Source: a virus. From it: 64,000 bases of DNA. Each line of letters opens with the position of its first letter. Within the stretch, counting starts at the first letter, position 1. The position numbers and the translations under genes are program-made. The notes beneath the pieces are model-generated. The model ran no database searches. It was given only the letters and a program-made list of their open reading frames with translations, and had not been told where the DNA came from. Shown here in pieces: positions 1 through 9,568 of the stretch. The stretch is taken from IMG/VR virus record IMGVR_UViG_3300009964_000001, positions 86,602-150,601 of that record. One strand, 5' to 3'.

Positions 1-95
1 CACCTCAGATTCTGTCGATGCTTTCGGGCGAGTTTGATGCAGAATCCTACGTAACAAAGCTCATCGAAGACTATAAGAAAAAGAGAAGTAGATAG
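1..95 (+). CDS. 3' end of an upstream CDS (partial, ...EDYKKKRSR*)
   Basis: Open frame running from window edge to TAG at 93-95; followed by hairpin. Confidence 0.3.
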   Translation, partial: PQILSMLSGEFDAESYVTKLIEDYKKKRSR

Positions 96-124
96 TTGCT
101 ATTCTTTATTTTAGTTTGTGCCCA

Positions 125-158
125 AGACCTCACCTTTGCTATAAGAAAGGTGAGGTCT
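125..158 (+). terminator. Stem-loop (agacctcaccttt / aaaggtgaggtct) between upstream gene and thyA
   Basis: 13-bp perfect inverted repeat with 8-nt loop seen in sequence; no strong T-tract. Confidence 0.45.
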
Positions 159-217
159 TAACGTATAAGAACAATTATTAATCAATAATCATCAACAATA
201 ATCAACATAGACGAAAA

Positions 218-1003
218 ATGCAGACTTATCTCGATTTGCTTAAGTATGTTCTCGAAAATGGAACTGAGAGAACAGATAGAACTGGGACTGGGACAATCTC
301 CGTGTTTGGTCATCAAGTGGAATATGACGTAAGTGAAAAATTCCCAATTCTCACCACGAAGAGAATTCATATGAGAAGCGTCATAATGGAACTTGCTTGG
401 ATGCTAAAAGGTGATACCAACGTGAAGTTCTTGAGAGACAATGGTGTGACCATTTGGGATGAATGGGCAGACGAAGAAGGAAACCTCGGAAAGATCTATG
501 GAAAGCAATGGAGAGATTTCGGAGGTGTTGATCAGATTCGGGATATCATCGATCAGATTCGGAACAACCCAGATTCACGGAGAATAATCGTCTCGGCTTG
601 GAATCCTGCAGAACTCTCGGAAATGGCACTTCCTCCGTGTCATTGTTTCTTCCAATTCTACGTTGAAGGTGATCGACTTTCACTGAAGTTGTATCAAAGA
701 TCTGCTGATCTCTTCTTGGGTGTTCCATTCAACCTTGCTCAATACTCACTCTTGCTCTATATTGTTGCAAAGATCTGTGGAAAGAAACCTCATAGATTTA
801 TCCACTCGTTTGGAGATCTTCACATCTACAAGAACCATTTAGATCAAGTAAAGCTACAGCTTTCGAGAAAACCATACGAACTCGCAGAGATAAAGATCGT
901 GGGAGATATCGACATCGACAACATCTCCGAAAATCTCATCGATCAAATCGTTATCGAGAACTACAAGCATCATCCATCGATCAAGGCGGATGTGAGTGTA
1001 TAA
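218..1003 (+). CDS. thyA: Thymidylate synthase
   Basis: Hallmark motifs [17 protein letters not shown] (catalytic Cys), DLFLGVPFN; 261 aa; uninterrupted (no intron). Confidence 0.95.
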   Translation: MQTYLDLLKYVLENGTERTDRTGTGTISVFGHQVEYDVSEKFPILTTKRIHMRSVIMELAWMLKGDTNVKFLRDNGVTIWDEWADEEGNLGKIYGKQWRDFGGVDQIRDIIDQIRNNPDSRRIIVSAWNPAELSEMALPPCHCFFQFYVEGDRLSLKLYQRSADLFLGVPFNLAQYSLLLYIVAKICGKKPHRFIHSFGDLHIYKNHLDQVKLQLSRKPYELAEIKIVGDIDIDNISENLIDQIVIENYKHHPSIKADVSV

Positions 1004-1982
1004 AACAGATCAAGCTATGCAGAAGAAACTAAAAGTGGAATTCGTCGCATATATCGACAAGTCCTTGTGCGTCAACGACTACATCAATCCGTTCACAGAC
1101 GAGAAGTACAGAGAATCACTGAGAGATCTCATAAACGATGGTGGAGGTGCAATCATAGTGATGGACGGAGAATACTTCGAAATGATGGAAAGATCAAACT
1201 TTAGAGTTCCATCAATCGTTCTCTTTGACTATGAACATGAAGACACTAAAGATACGAAGTTCATCTATTCATATGAACAACTTTGTGATTTCCTCAGTTG
1301 TAGAAACGAGAAGGTCTTCGTGATTGGTGGATTTGACGCATGGTCATCGCTTGTCCAGTACGTTTCCAAAGTTCACTTCCTCGTCACCGATGAAAAATGG
1401 GGTGATGGGATGACAAGACCATTCTTGTTCGACGTTCGAGAAATGTGCAAAATAACAAGCTATTCAGAACTCGCCAACGGAATAACTCATCAAGAATACG
1501 AATTCCGTGAAGACGTTGTTATTTGTAATGGCGATATCGACAAGGACATGGAAGATGATGGCGATGGTGTTTGTTGTGGATGTGAACTCTTCTGTCAGGG
1601 CATTATTTCACATATCAACTTCGAAGGTGAACCTGTCGACAGAATACTTTCGAATGGGTTATCAACCTTGATAGAAAAAGGTGATAAATTAAAGATAGTC
1701 ACAGATTTCAAGATCTACAAAACACCCTCAAATATCAAGATCAATGTTACACAAAGCCATCATTCCAGAGTTCTTGATCTTGTTATAGAATCGTGTGAAA
1801 TCATAAACGGAAGCATCGTTATTACTCTCGTTAACAGGTTATCACATTACACAGTCTTAGACTATAAGAAAGTGATTGCTGTTGTGTATGCAACTGGGAA
1901 CTACAAACTTCTACGTTGTAATAACGATTTCTCAGAGAGCATGGAGATGGGAAAATGGGGAACTGAACTAACCAAACATTAA
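996..1982 (+). CDS. Divergent DHFR-like N-domain fused to dUTPase-like beta-barrel C-domain (paralog 1 of 3)
   Basis: N-half aligns to DHFR ([14 protein letters not shown] ~ VIMGRKTYESI; [14 protein letters not shown]...[16 protein letters not shown] ~ VFVIGGAxxY...LTxIxxxxEGDTxFP); C-half has dUTPase-like [26 protein letters not shown]. Confidence 0.5.
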   Translation: MYKTDQAMQKKLKVEFVAYIDKSLCVNDYINPFTDEKYRESLRDLINDGGGAIIVMDGEYFEMMERSNFRVPSIVLFDYEHEDTKDTKFIYSYEQLCDFLSCRNEKVFVIGGFDAWSSLVQYVSKVHFLVTDEKWGDGMTRPFLFDVREMCKITSYSELANGITHQEYEFREDVVICNGDIDKDMEDDGDGVCCGCELFCQGIISHINFEGEPVDRILSNGLSTLIEKGDKLKIVTDFKIYKTPSNIKINVTQSHHSRVLDLVIESCEIINGSIVITLVNRLSHYTVLDYKKVIAVVYATGNYKLLRCNNDFSESMEMGKWGTELTKH

Positions 1983-2011
1983 TAATCATAATCACAAGCA
2001 TAAACGAAAAG

Positions 2012-3064
2012 ATGAAGAACAAGACCGAAATCGAAATGATCCTATTCGTCAATGACAAAGGTAGGACAATCAACGCCCAGAAGCTACTCTCTTCTCCCTC
2101 TGAAAGTGATCTCCGAGACTATATCGGAAAGATCACGACTGGGAACATCATCGTCTTTGATGAGGACACGTGTTCCACTCTCATATCACCACTTCCAAAC
2201 CGAATCTGTGTTGTCATCACCTCGAACAAAGACTTCAATCGAGAAGGGTTTGTTCGTGCAGAATCTATACGAGATTTCATCGACATGCTCGGCACGAAGT
2301 TCGACAGATATCGTGATGTTTACGTAATGGTCGACAACATCCACATAGCAAGAAGTTTCATGGGTTATGTCGATAGAGTAAAGATGGTGGAAGTCGAAGG
2401 AGCAGAATCTCACGATAGATACGAACTTTCTGACATTCCTCGAAAGACTATCCTCGATATTCGAAGGTCGACGAACGTTGCGAATGAATATTGGATCAAC
2501 GACTTTATCAATACCACTGACCACGAGTTCAAAGACAACGTCCTAATGTGTACAGCAAGTGTTGATGGCTTTGGCTGTTATGGTGTCTGTGCACGAGAAC
2601 CAAGGGTTCATGTCAACGGCTTTGGTGAAACTGTGAGAAGAAAGTCTGATCATCGTGAATCCATAGTTTTGCACAAGGGCGACGGAGTTTTCATGAAGAC
2701 TGATATCGAGATTTACAGAATCCCCAAGAACGTTTATGTTGAAGTCAAGACAATCTTACACTACTTTGTCTATAACGGAATCTCGATAGAATCATCAAGT
2801 ATTACTGATGGCGTTGTCTGTGTTGGTCTTGTAAACATGGGATCGAAACCTGTCACTATACACAAAGATCAGACGATTGCTGTGTTGGCTATTAGAGGTG
2901 AACACGAGTTCTTGAAAGTGGCACATAAGGAATTCCCATGTGAAAAAGTCGATGGTTGGGACAACTACGAAAGCAAAGAAGATCGTCGTCGACCATTAAA
3001 AGACGAACGTTGTATTGGCAACGATGGTGGTGACATGTCGGAATGTTGCTGTGATGGCTTTTAA
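2012..3064 (+). CDS. Divergent DHFR-like N-domain fused to dUTPase-like C-domain (paralog 2 of 3)
   Basis: IVFDEDTCSTLISPLPNRICVVITS and DVYVMVDNIHIARSF...VEVEGAESHDRYELSDIP resemble DHFR blocks; C-term VVCVGLVNMGSKPVTIHKDQTIAVLAI resembles dUTPase motif 3/4. Confidence 0.5.
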   Translation: MKNKTEIEMILFVNDKGRTINAQKLLSSPSESDLRDYIGKITTGNIIVFDEDTCSTLISPLPNRICVVITSNKDFNREGFVRAESIRDFIDMLGTKFDRYRDVYVMVDNIHIARSFMGYVDRVKMVEVEGAESHDRYELSDIPRKTILDIRRSTNVANEYWINDFINTTDHEFKDNVLMCTASVDGFGCYGVCAREPRVHVNGFGETVRRKSDHRESIVLHKGDGVFMKTDIEIYRIPKNVYVEVKTILHYFVYNGISIESSSITDGVVCVGLVNMGSKPVTIHKDQTIAVLAIRGEHEFLKVAHKEFPCEKVDGWDNYESKEDRRRPLKDERCIGNDGGDMSECCCDGF

Positions 3065-3075
3065 TAGAAGAATCG

Positions 3076-3954
3076 ATGATGAAAGTAAAGTTCATAGCAA
3101 GTGTTGATAAGAACTTCGCTGTTGGAAACGACGGCAAACTTCTATTCAGAATCCAAGAAGATATGAAACTGTTCCGTGAGATGACGATGGGGAATATTGT
3201 CATCATGGGCAGAAAGACATACGAAGAGATCGGAAAGCCACTTGAAGGAAGACTGAACATTGTCCTATCCCGAGATGACATTTCTATTGGAGGTGTTCAT
3301 GTGTTCAAGTCAATGGAAATGCTCAAAGCTTTCTGTGAATCTTCCACAAATCGACAAAAGGATGTGTTTGTGATTGGTGGTGCGGAAATGTGGAATCTCT
3401 TCAGAAGATATGTTTCACAAATCCACCTCACGAAAGTTCCAGATGATTGTCCCGAATACGACACCGTCTTCCCTTATGATCTTCTTAATGCTTTCACACT
3501 CGTTCATCGAAATCAGATCGGCTTCTATGAAAAGAACTATCAACCGATTGTTCACGAAGTTTATGATCGTCTGGGAGATGTGGTGGTGATGAATCGCAAG
3601 ACCGAAGAACTCTTGGTGGCCAGATTTGTTGATGTCTTGGAACACGTAGGTGGTAGTGGTGACGATATAAAAACTTATCGAGAAAATGACATGCTACTAA
3701 TGACGAACGACAGAATTGCTGTAAAGACTGATCTTCGTGTTTATGAACTTCCTCTTGGAACTCTTGTTAGTGTGAACGTCGTGCCGTCATTGTTCATGGA
3801 TAATGGACTGATGATTGCGGGGTGGGATATCGTCGACGACGATTTCATCGTCTACTTGACATTGACTGGGAAGAAGCCTATTTCTCTGAAACGTGGTGAT
3901 ATCATAGCAGATGTCAACTTCTATTCTCGTCATCCTCTGATGTACGCCCCTTAG
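3076..3954 (+). CDS. frd: Dihydrofolate reductase with C-terminal dUTPase-like extension (paralog 3 of 3)
   Basis: Canonical DHFR blocks: IASVDKNFAVGNDGKLLF, IVIMGRKTYEEIGKPLEGRLNIVLSR, VFVIGGAEMW, LTKVPDDCPEYDTVFP; then about 125 aa with TDLRVYELPLGTLV...AGWDIVDDDF...ISLKRGDIIADV (dUTPase-like). Confidence 0.85.
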   Translation: MMKVKFIASVDKNFAVGNDGKLLFRIQEDMKLFREMTMGNIVIMGRKTYEEIGKPLEGRLNIVLSRDDISIGGVHVFKSMEMLKAFCESSTNRQKDVFVIGGAEMWNLFRRYVSQIHLTKVPDDCPEYDTVFPYDLLNAFTLVHRNQIGFYEKNYQPIVHEVYDRLGDVVVMNRKTEELLVARFVDVLEHVGGSGDDIKTYRENDMLLMTNDRIAVKTDLRVYELPLGTLVSVNVVPSLFMDNGLMIAGWDIVDDDFIVYLTLTGKKPISLKRGDIIADVNFYSRHPLMYAP

Positions 3955-3967
3955 AAAATCAAGCATT

Positions 3968-4183
3968 ATGGATAAAAAGTACAGCGGTTATATCGTGATG
4001 AGTGATGGCTTGTTATCACCAAACGATGAGATCTCGTACAATGGTGACGTTTTCACGTATCTTGGGAAAACACTGAGTAAATCAAGCGGTGAACTTTGTG
4101 GTGTTTTCACAAATGGTAAAACAGAATGTTTTATCCCAGTCAGATTCATAAGAAGTATGAAGGACAAGAAGCTCGTGTACTAA
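3968..4183 (+). CDS. Hypothetical small protein
   Basis: ORF only. Confidence 0.3.
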   Translation: MDKKYSGYIVMSDGLLSPNDEISYNGDVFTYLGKTLSKSSGELCGVFTNGKTECFIPVRFIRSMKDKKLVY

Positions 4184-4374
4184 GAGAAATACTCTCCTTG
4201 GCTCTCCTTGGCATTTCCCTTGATTTCTGAACTATTCAAAGATATGAAAGCCTTCGAAAGTGGTTTTGAGATCAAGGGAAATACGTCTCTTGAAATCGTC
4301 TTTGTCTATTGAATCATAATCAATCCTCATATGATAGGAACTGTGGACATTAACAAAAAGCAAGAAGAATAGCA

Positions 4375-5100
4375 ATGGACATTATCAAAAATCTCGGTTA
4401 TAACCAACACGAGATTCTCGACAACATTCAGAAGTTGTACCTCGAAGGAAAGGGGATCGAATGTGACATCACTTATTCCAAAGGCGCATTCTACGGAAAG
4501 TTCAAAGTAAAAGACGCAGATGGTGAAGCACGTGATATCGTCATTGAGCAACCTCGACTGAAGTTCGATGTTTTCCCACTTTCCGAAGATGTCACAAAAA
4601 TAGAACCACTGACGGCACTTCCTCTCGATGATCTTTCGATCGAATCGATGATGATCGATCTGCCGTTCATCGTCAGACCAACAAAGCCAGATACGTCAGT
4701 CACTGATGAAACTGGGTCGAAGATGTTCAACAGATTTCAAGGTTTCCACACTCCAGACGACATGTATGAAACGTACTGGTTCTGGATCAATGAAGCCTAT
4801 CGTGTCTTGAAGGTCGGTGGAACGCTTTTGTTCAAGACACAGAACACGATTTATGGCGGTATCAACCACAACACTGAGTTTTTCTCATTCATGTGTGCCG
4901 AGAAAGCTGGATTTGTCACAGAAGACACCTTCGTTCTTGGCGCAAAGTCTCGCATGATCTCACCATTTATGACCAAGCAGTTACATGCTCGAAAGTTCAC
5001 CTCGACCTTCTTCGTTTTCAAGAAGCATAAATCTCAGAAGCACAAGAAGTTCAACTATTGGTCATTAATCCCAAAGCTTGAAGAATCTTTCAATAATTAA
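4375..5100 (+). CDS. Hypothetical protein (weak methyltransferase-like segment WFWINEAYRVLKVGGTLLF; no DPPY/FxGxG motifs)
   Basis: 241-aa ORF in operon context between frd and nrd; function not assignable. Confidence 0.5.
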   Translation: MDIIKNLGYNQHEILDNIQKLYLEGKGIECDITYSKGAFYGKFKVKDADGEARDIVIEQPRLKFDVFPLSEDVTKIEPLTALPLDDLSIESMMIDLPFIVRPTKPDTSVTDETGSKMFNRFQGFHTPDDMYETYWFWINEAYRVLKVGGTLLFKTQNTIYGGINHNTEFFSFMCAEKAGFVTEDTFVLGAKSRMISPFMTKQLHARKFTSTFFVFKKHKSQKHKKFNYWSLIPKLEESFNN

Positions 5101-5118
5101 TACAAGAAACTAAACCGT

Positions 5119-7161
5119 ATGTCAAAATCAGAAATCGCTAACGAGTTCTTAAGTGATCTCGTCGTGCATTCGAAGTATGCGAACATTGTCCCAGAGGAAC
5201 ATAGAAAGCAGACGTGGGAAGAATGTGTAGCAGAACTGGAGAAGATGTTCATCAATGATTATCCTCATCTTGAAGGAGAAATCCGTGAGAACATGAAGAT
5301 GGTGTACGCCAAGAAGGTGTTCCCATCAATGAGATCGATCCAATTCGGTGGTCTTCCTATCTCATATAACCCAACACGAATCTACAACTGCTCTGCACTT
5401 CTTCTCAACAATACAAAGTGCTTCTCGGAGATCATGCACATTCTCTTGAGTGGGACTGGAATCGGTGTTTCTATCCAAAAGCGACATATCAACAACCTAC
5501 CAGTGGTCAAGAAGCCATCAAAGAAGAAGCGTTTCCTCATCTCGGATTCTATCGAAGGTTGGGCAGATGCCGTTCGCATGCTCTGCTACTCTTATCTTCG
5601 TGGGAATCCTTATCCAGAGTTCGACTATCGTGACATTCGCCCAAAAGGATCGATCATCAAGAAGCTGAACTGCTATGCACCAGGTCATGAAAGACTCAAG
5701 AAGTCAATCGAACAGATCGACAAGGTCTTCAAGACTGCCGTAGGTCGAAAGCTCACACCTCTTGAATGTCTTGACATCTCTTGCTTCATTGGTGATGCCG
5801 TGGTAAGTGGTGGTGTGAGAATGGCTGCAATGATCATGTTCTTCGACAAGGATGATGAAGCAATTATGACTGCAAAGTCAAACGTTCCACTTCGAAGTGC
5901 AACAGTAGAATCGGAAGATGACAAGAACTGGTACATCAGAGTAGAACCGAAGAACATCGACGACTTCTATGGTGATGAATCTCGAATGCTAACTGTTCGC
6001 AAGAAGTTCGGTGACTTCGACAACTCTTGGGACTACGACAACATCTGCAAGAATCTCTCGGCAAGTTGGTACTACGTGCATCCTCAGCGAGCAATGAGTA
6101 ACAACTCTGCCGTGCTTCATCGTGATACCACCACACGTGAGGAACTCGAGAAGCTGATGAGAATTGCAGATGCTAACAAGTCTGGAGAACCAGGTCTCTT
6201 CTGGACGAACGATTATGACATGATCTCGAACCCATGTGGTGAGATTGCACTCAACGATTGTCAGTTCTGTAATCTTTCGACGATTGTGGCATATGACATA
6301 ACAACTCAAGAAGAGTTCAACCATCGTGCAAGAGTGGCATCATTCCTTGGAACTCTCCAAGCAGGTTACACCGACTTCCACTATCTCCGCCCAAAGTGGA
6401 AGGAACAGACCGAAAATGAAGCACTTCTCGGTGTATCTTTGACAGGTATTGCATCGGGAACTATTCTTTCTCTCAATGAAACTGAAGCTGCATTGTGTGC
6501 AGTGGAAGAAAACAAGAGAGTGGCAAAACTGATCGGTGTAAATGAAGCACAAAGAGTCACCACGATTAAGCCCGAAGGGACATCGACGATCGTTGCTGGT
6601 GTGTTCGGAAGTGGGATTCATTCTGCTCATGCGGAATATTACGTTCGTAACATCCGAATTCTGAAGTCTGATCCAGTTTACACTTATCTGAAGATCAACG
6701 CTCCAGATTTTCTCGATGATGAATATTCCGATAAGGATAAAGCCGTGTTCTCTGTTCCAATGCGTGCAAACCACGATTGTATCTTCAGAACGGAATCGAC
6801 GTTCGACCTCCTCGAGAGAATTAAGAGATTCAACGAGAATTGGATAGCACCAGGTCACATCTCTGGAGCAAACAAGCACAATGTCTCGTCGACTGTCTAT
6901 GTCAAAGATGGTGAGATCGATAAGGTCATCGAATGGATGTGGGACAATCGCAATTCCTACTCTGGTCTCACGATTCTCCCCTTCGATGGTGGTACTTACA
7001 AGCAAGCACCATTCCAAGATATCACCAAGGAAGAATATGAAGAGATGCTCGAGAGATTCCCAACTGATCTCGACCTTTCTAAGGTTTATATCGAAGACAT
7101 CAAGACTACTCAGTTTGAATACGCTTGCGCAGGGGGTGCTTGTGAAGTGAAGTCCGTTTAG
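5119..7161 (+). CDS. Ribonucleotide reductase catalytic subunit, NPCGE-type (class II NrdJ-like)
   Basis: 680 aa; active-site NPCGEIAL...CNLST; C-terminal Cys pair ACAGGACEV; typical RNR length. Confidence 0.8.
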   Translation: MSKSEIANEFLSDLVVHSKYANIVPEEHRKQTWEECVAELEKMFINDYPHLEGEIRENMKMVYAKKVFPSMRSIQFGGLPISYNPTRIYNCSALLLNNTKCFSEIMHILLSGTGIGVSIQKRHINNLPVVKKPSKKKRFLISDSIEGWADAVRMLCYSYLRGNPYPEFDYRDIRPKGSIIKKLNCYAPGHERLKKSIEQIDKVFKTAVGRKLTPLECLDISCFIGDAVVSGGVRMAAMIMFFDKDDEAIMTAKSNVPLRSATVESEDDKNWYIRVEPKNIDDFYGDESRMLTVRKKFGDFDNSWDYDNICKNLSASWYYVHPQRAMSNNSAVLHRDTTTREELEKLMRIADANKSGEPGLFWTNDYDMISNPCGEIALNDCQFCNLSTIVAYDITTQEEFNHRARVASFLGTLQAGYTDFHYLRPKWKEQTENEALLGVSLTGIASGTILSLNETEAALCAVEENKRVAKLIGVNEAQRVTTIKPEGTSTIVAGVFGSGIHSAHAEYYVRNIRILKSDPVYTYLKINAPDFLDDEYSDKDKAVFSVPMRANHDCIFRTESTFDLLERIKRFNENWIAPGHISGANKHNVSSTVYVKDGEIDKVIEWMWDNRNSYSGLTILPFDGGTYKQAPFQDITKEEYEEMLERFPTDLDLSKVYIEDIKTTQFEYACAGGACEVKSV

Positions 7162-7181
7162 TATTGATTATTGATTGTGTC

Positions 7182-7221
7182 GTCGACCTCCGTGGGATAA
7201 AAACCACGGAGGTCGATTTTT
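7182..7221 (+). terminator. Rho-independent terminator after RNR
   Basis: gtcgacctccgtgg-gataaaaa-ccacggaggtcga followed by TTTTT. Confidence 0.65.
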
Positions 7222-7243
7222 ATAAGATAATAAAAAACCCAGA

Positions 7244-7729
7244 ATGATTATCACATTTCTCATTATAATCGTCTCTTTCATCCTCTTGTTCTATAAGACG
7301 ATCAAGCTTTATAAGTACACTTCAGATTGTTTCACAAACATCGTCGAAAATGAAACAATCCAACTAAGGTACAAGATGAAAATCGATGGACAAGACGTGA
7401 AGAATGTAAGAAAGACAATGTTCAACGTGCTTTATGTCTTCGTGGTTATACCAGATGAAGTGAGAAAAAGTGATCACATAAGTTACATCATCAGTCATTT
7501 ACAACTGATCGAAGAATCCCTACAAGTTCAGAATCTTTATGGTCTTGTAAGTTCTTCACGTGAGCAGTTTGTAAGTGTAGAGAACGATAAAGAAAGAACG
7601 ATTTATCTCGTAAAGTTCAAGCCGATCATTTATGGTCTTGATCTCTGGAGAATCCTCGTCTTCTTGATGATGATAATCGTCGCAATTTATAATAAAGAAA
7701 TAGAAGAATTTGTATGGCTAATGTTTTAA
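7244..7729 (+). CDS. Hypothetical membrane protein (N- and C-terminal hydrophobic segments)
   Basis: ORF, hydrophobic stretches. Confidence 0.4.
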   Translation: MIITFLIIIVSFILLFYKTIKLYKYTSDCFTNIVENETIQLRYKMKIDGQDVKNVRKTMFNVLYVFVVIPDEVRKSDHISYIISHLQLIEESLQVQNLYGLVSSSREQFVSVENDKERTIYLVKFKPIIYGLDLWRILVFLMMIIVAIYNKEIEEFVWLMF

Positions 7730-8802
7730 GTGGGAACGATCCTTCCTACGTCCTTAATCCAAAGATAAGAACAAGAGAGCGGTCTATCGTTTTCTCGAAT
7801 AACTCTTTCATGGACAGTTTCGGGAGAACTTTCCTTGACATGACCAAGTTCTCTGTAAAATGTGAAAGATCGTCATCGACAATAATCACGATTGATCCAT
7901 ATGAAGAGGTGACAATCCCTGCGTTCAAGAACGTGATTTTCACGTGTTTCGATGGATCTGTTGCACATATGAACGATGCACAGATTCGAAGCAAGCAGAC
8001 TTTACATTTCAATGTGAATGTGGAAGTTGAAAATCCCAAAGATGCACTGTCGTGGAATTCCAAAACTACTCATCTGAACATAAGTTTTGTGTTCCCACCT
8101 TTAATGAGTGAAGGTATCGACGGAATAGCTAACCTCCAAACACAGCATATAAGCATTCAAAGATACCTCTCGAAATCTGGGAAATATGTCGGATATGTTG
8201 AAGATATCACTTTCGAGCATCTTCATACGCAGGTAAAGTTCAACATCCACTACGAATATGACGAGATTTTGAATGAACACGATCTGAAGATAAGCGACTT
8301 CAAAGTTGCTGGTAAGTTCAGTGGAGGTGGAGAAATCGACACCGAGTACAACGTCACGAAAAAGTCACGAGTTTTCATGCTCTCACCGAACATGGACTAT
8401 CAGTTAGATGGTGTGGAATCCGTTAGATTCCTTTACAACAGGGAAACATGGGAGAAGCTATGTGACAATGGAGCTATTCTGAGAAAGTACACCGCCCTTG
8501 GAAGTGAAGAAGACGTTCGATTAGATCACGACATGTTCCAATCGAAGTTCGATGTCGCTGGATTCCGTGGGATTTCTATCGTTGTCGAAAACAACGAGGA
8601 AATCGGAGAAATCCAAGAGGTTTCTGTGGAAAAGATCTACAAGAAGTATGATGAATCGTTTGATTGTTCAATCACGTGTGGTGCTCTCCGAGAACATGAC
8701 GTTTATCACAGCTTCGGTTTTGTAAGACCTCAAGGAAACAGCGTGTCTTTCAGAAATATAACAAGAAAAAATATCGATTTACAAGTTTTATCTTATGAAT
8801 AA
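7714..8802 (+). CDS. Hypothetical protein
   Basis: 362-aa ORF, no recognised motif. Confidence 0.5.
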   Translation: MANVLSGNDPSYVLNPKIRTRERSIVFSNNSFMDSFGRTFLDMTKFSVKCERSSSTIITIDPYEEVTIPAFKNVIFTCFDGSVAHMNDAQIRSKQTLHFNVNVEVENPKDALSWNSKTTHLNISFVFPPLMSEGIDGIANLQTQHISIQRYLSKSGKYVGYVEDITFEHLHTQVKFNIHYEYDEILNEHDLKISDFKVAGKFSGGGEIDTEYNVTKKSRVFMLSPNMDYQLDGVESVRFLYNRETWEKLCDNGAILRKYTALGSEEDVRLDHDMFQSKFDVAGFRGISIVVENNEEIGEIQEVSVEKIYKKYDESFDCSITCGALREHDVYHSFGFVRPQGNSVSFRNITRKNIDLQVLSYE

Positions 8803-9082
8803 ACTCAACCTTTTATCAATCCTTAAGGTGTTGGTAAAGCAGGAACTGGGAAATGTCACAGTCAATGGCAATCTCCTCAGTTATAACAGTGGCGTGGTGT
8901 CCAATAATGTCACAGGTCGTACATACAACGTCGTGGCAAACTACAATTCACTGAATCCAAATGTCGTATCTTGTATGTTCTCCACTTCACAGGGTACGAG
9001 CCATATGGTCTTCGTAAGAGGTCAAGAACGATTTGATCTTCTTCTGAAGCTCATGGAAGTATGTCAAGACAAGCAAATGTAA
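8795..9082 (+). CDS. Hypothetical protein
   Basis: ORF only. Confidence 0.3.
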   Translation: MNKLNLLSILKVLVKQELGNVTVNGNLLSYNSGVVSNNVTGRTYNVVANYNSLNPNVVSCMFSTSQGTSHMVFVRGQERFDLLLKLMEVCQDKQM

Positions 9083-9103
9083 CTTTTTAATTTCAATCCA
9101 AAT

Positions 9104-9367
9104 ATGACTAAGAAAGAATTCATCACAGCTCTCGCAGAGCAGACTGGTGCAACTAAGACGCAGGTAGAAGCCATCATCGGTGCTTATCACAAGACTATCA
9201 TCGAAAGTCTTAAGAAGGATGAGCCAGTGACCTTCGTTGGCTTCGGTACGTACTCATCCAGAGTTCGCCCAGAGCGTGAAGCCTTCAAGCCTGGTACTAA
9301 GGAAAAGATGACAGTACCTGCAAAGAAGGTCGGTAAGTTCAAGATGTCAAAGTCTGTAGAACTTTAG
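9104..9367 (+). CDS. hup: HU/IHF-family histone-like DNA-binding protein
   Basis: MTKKEFITALAEQTGATKTQVEAIIGAY...FGTYSSRVRPEREAFKPGT matches HU fold signature; 87 aa. Confidence 0.85.
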   Translation: MTKKEFITALAEQTGATKTQVEAIIGAYHKTIIESLKKDEPVTFVGFGTYSSRVRPEREAFKPGTKEKMTVPAKKVGKFKMSKSVEL

Positions 9368-9402
9368 TAGAAAAAGGAGATAAACGAATTCGCAATGAAC
9401 GG

Positions 9403-9440
9403 ATGGGCTGGTCTTTGGAAACATAGACCAGCCCATTTCG
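9403..9440 (+). terminator. Stem-loop after hup
   Basis: atgggctggtc...gaccagcccat. Confidence 0.5.
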
Positions 9441-9568
9441 TATAAAAATATCGACCAATCAGAAATATCGAAAATGACGACGGAATCGACACCGACGAAC
9501 ACATACGAATGCTTTCGATATAAAAATGGAAAGAACGAATTAATCAAATCAAACTTAATAAAGAACAA

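Noticed and set aside
218-1003. Group I intron in thyA as in T4 td
   Set aside because: The ThyA reading frame is continuous through the conserved active-site region, with no interruption.
4375-5100. DNA methyltransferase call for 4375..5100
   Set aside because: Only a WFWINEAYRVLKVGGTLLF-like segment is present. No DPPY/NPPF catalytic motif or FxGxG SAM motif found. Left as hypothetical.
6340-7017. Long antisense ORFs inside well-supported genes (6340..7017-, 22771..23490-, 43742..44443-, 45874..46677-, 10688..11011-)
   Set aside because: The opposite strand carries a conserved, motif-bearing gene at each site (RNR, SSB-like, protease/scaffold, capsid, PurA-like). The antisense ORFs are coding-strand shadows.
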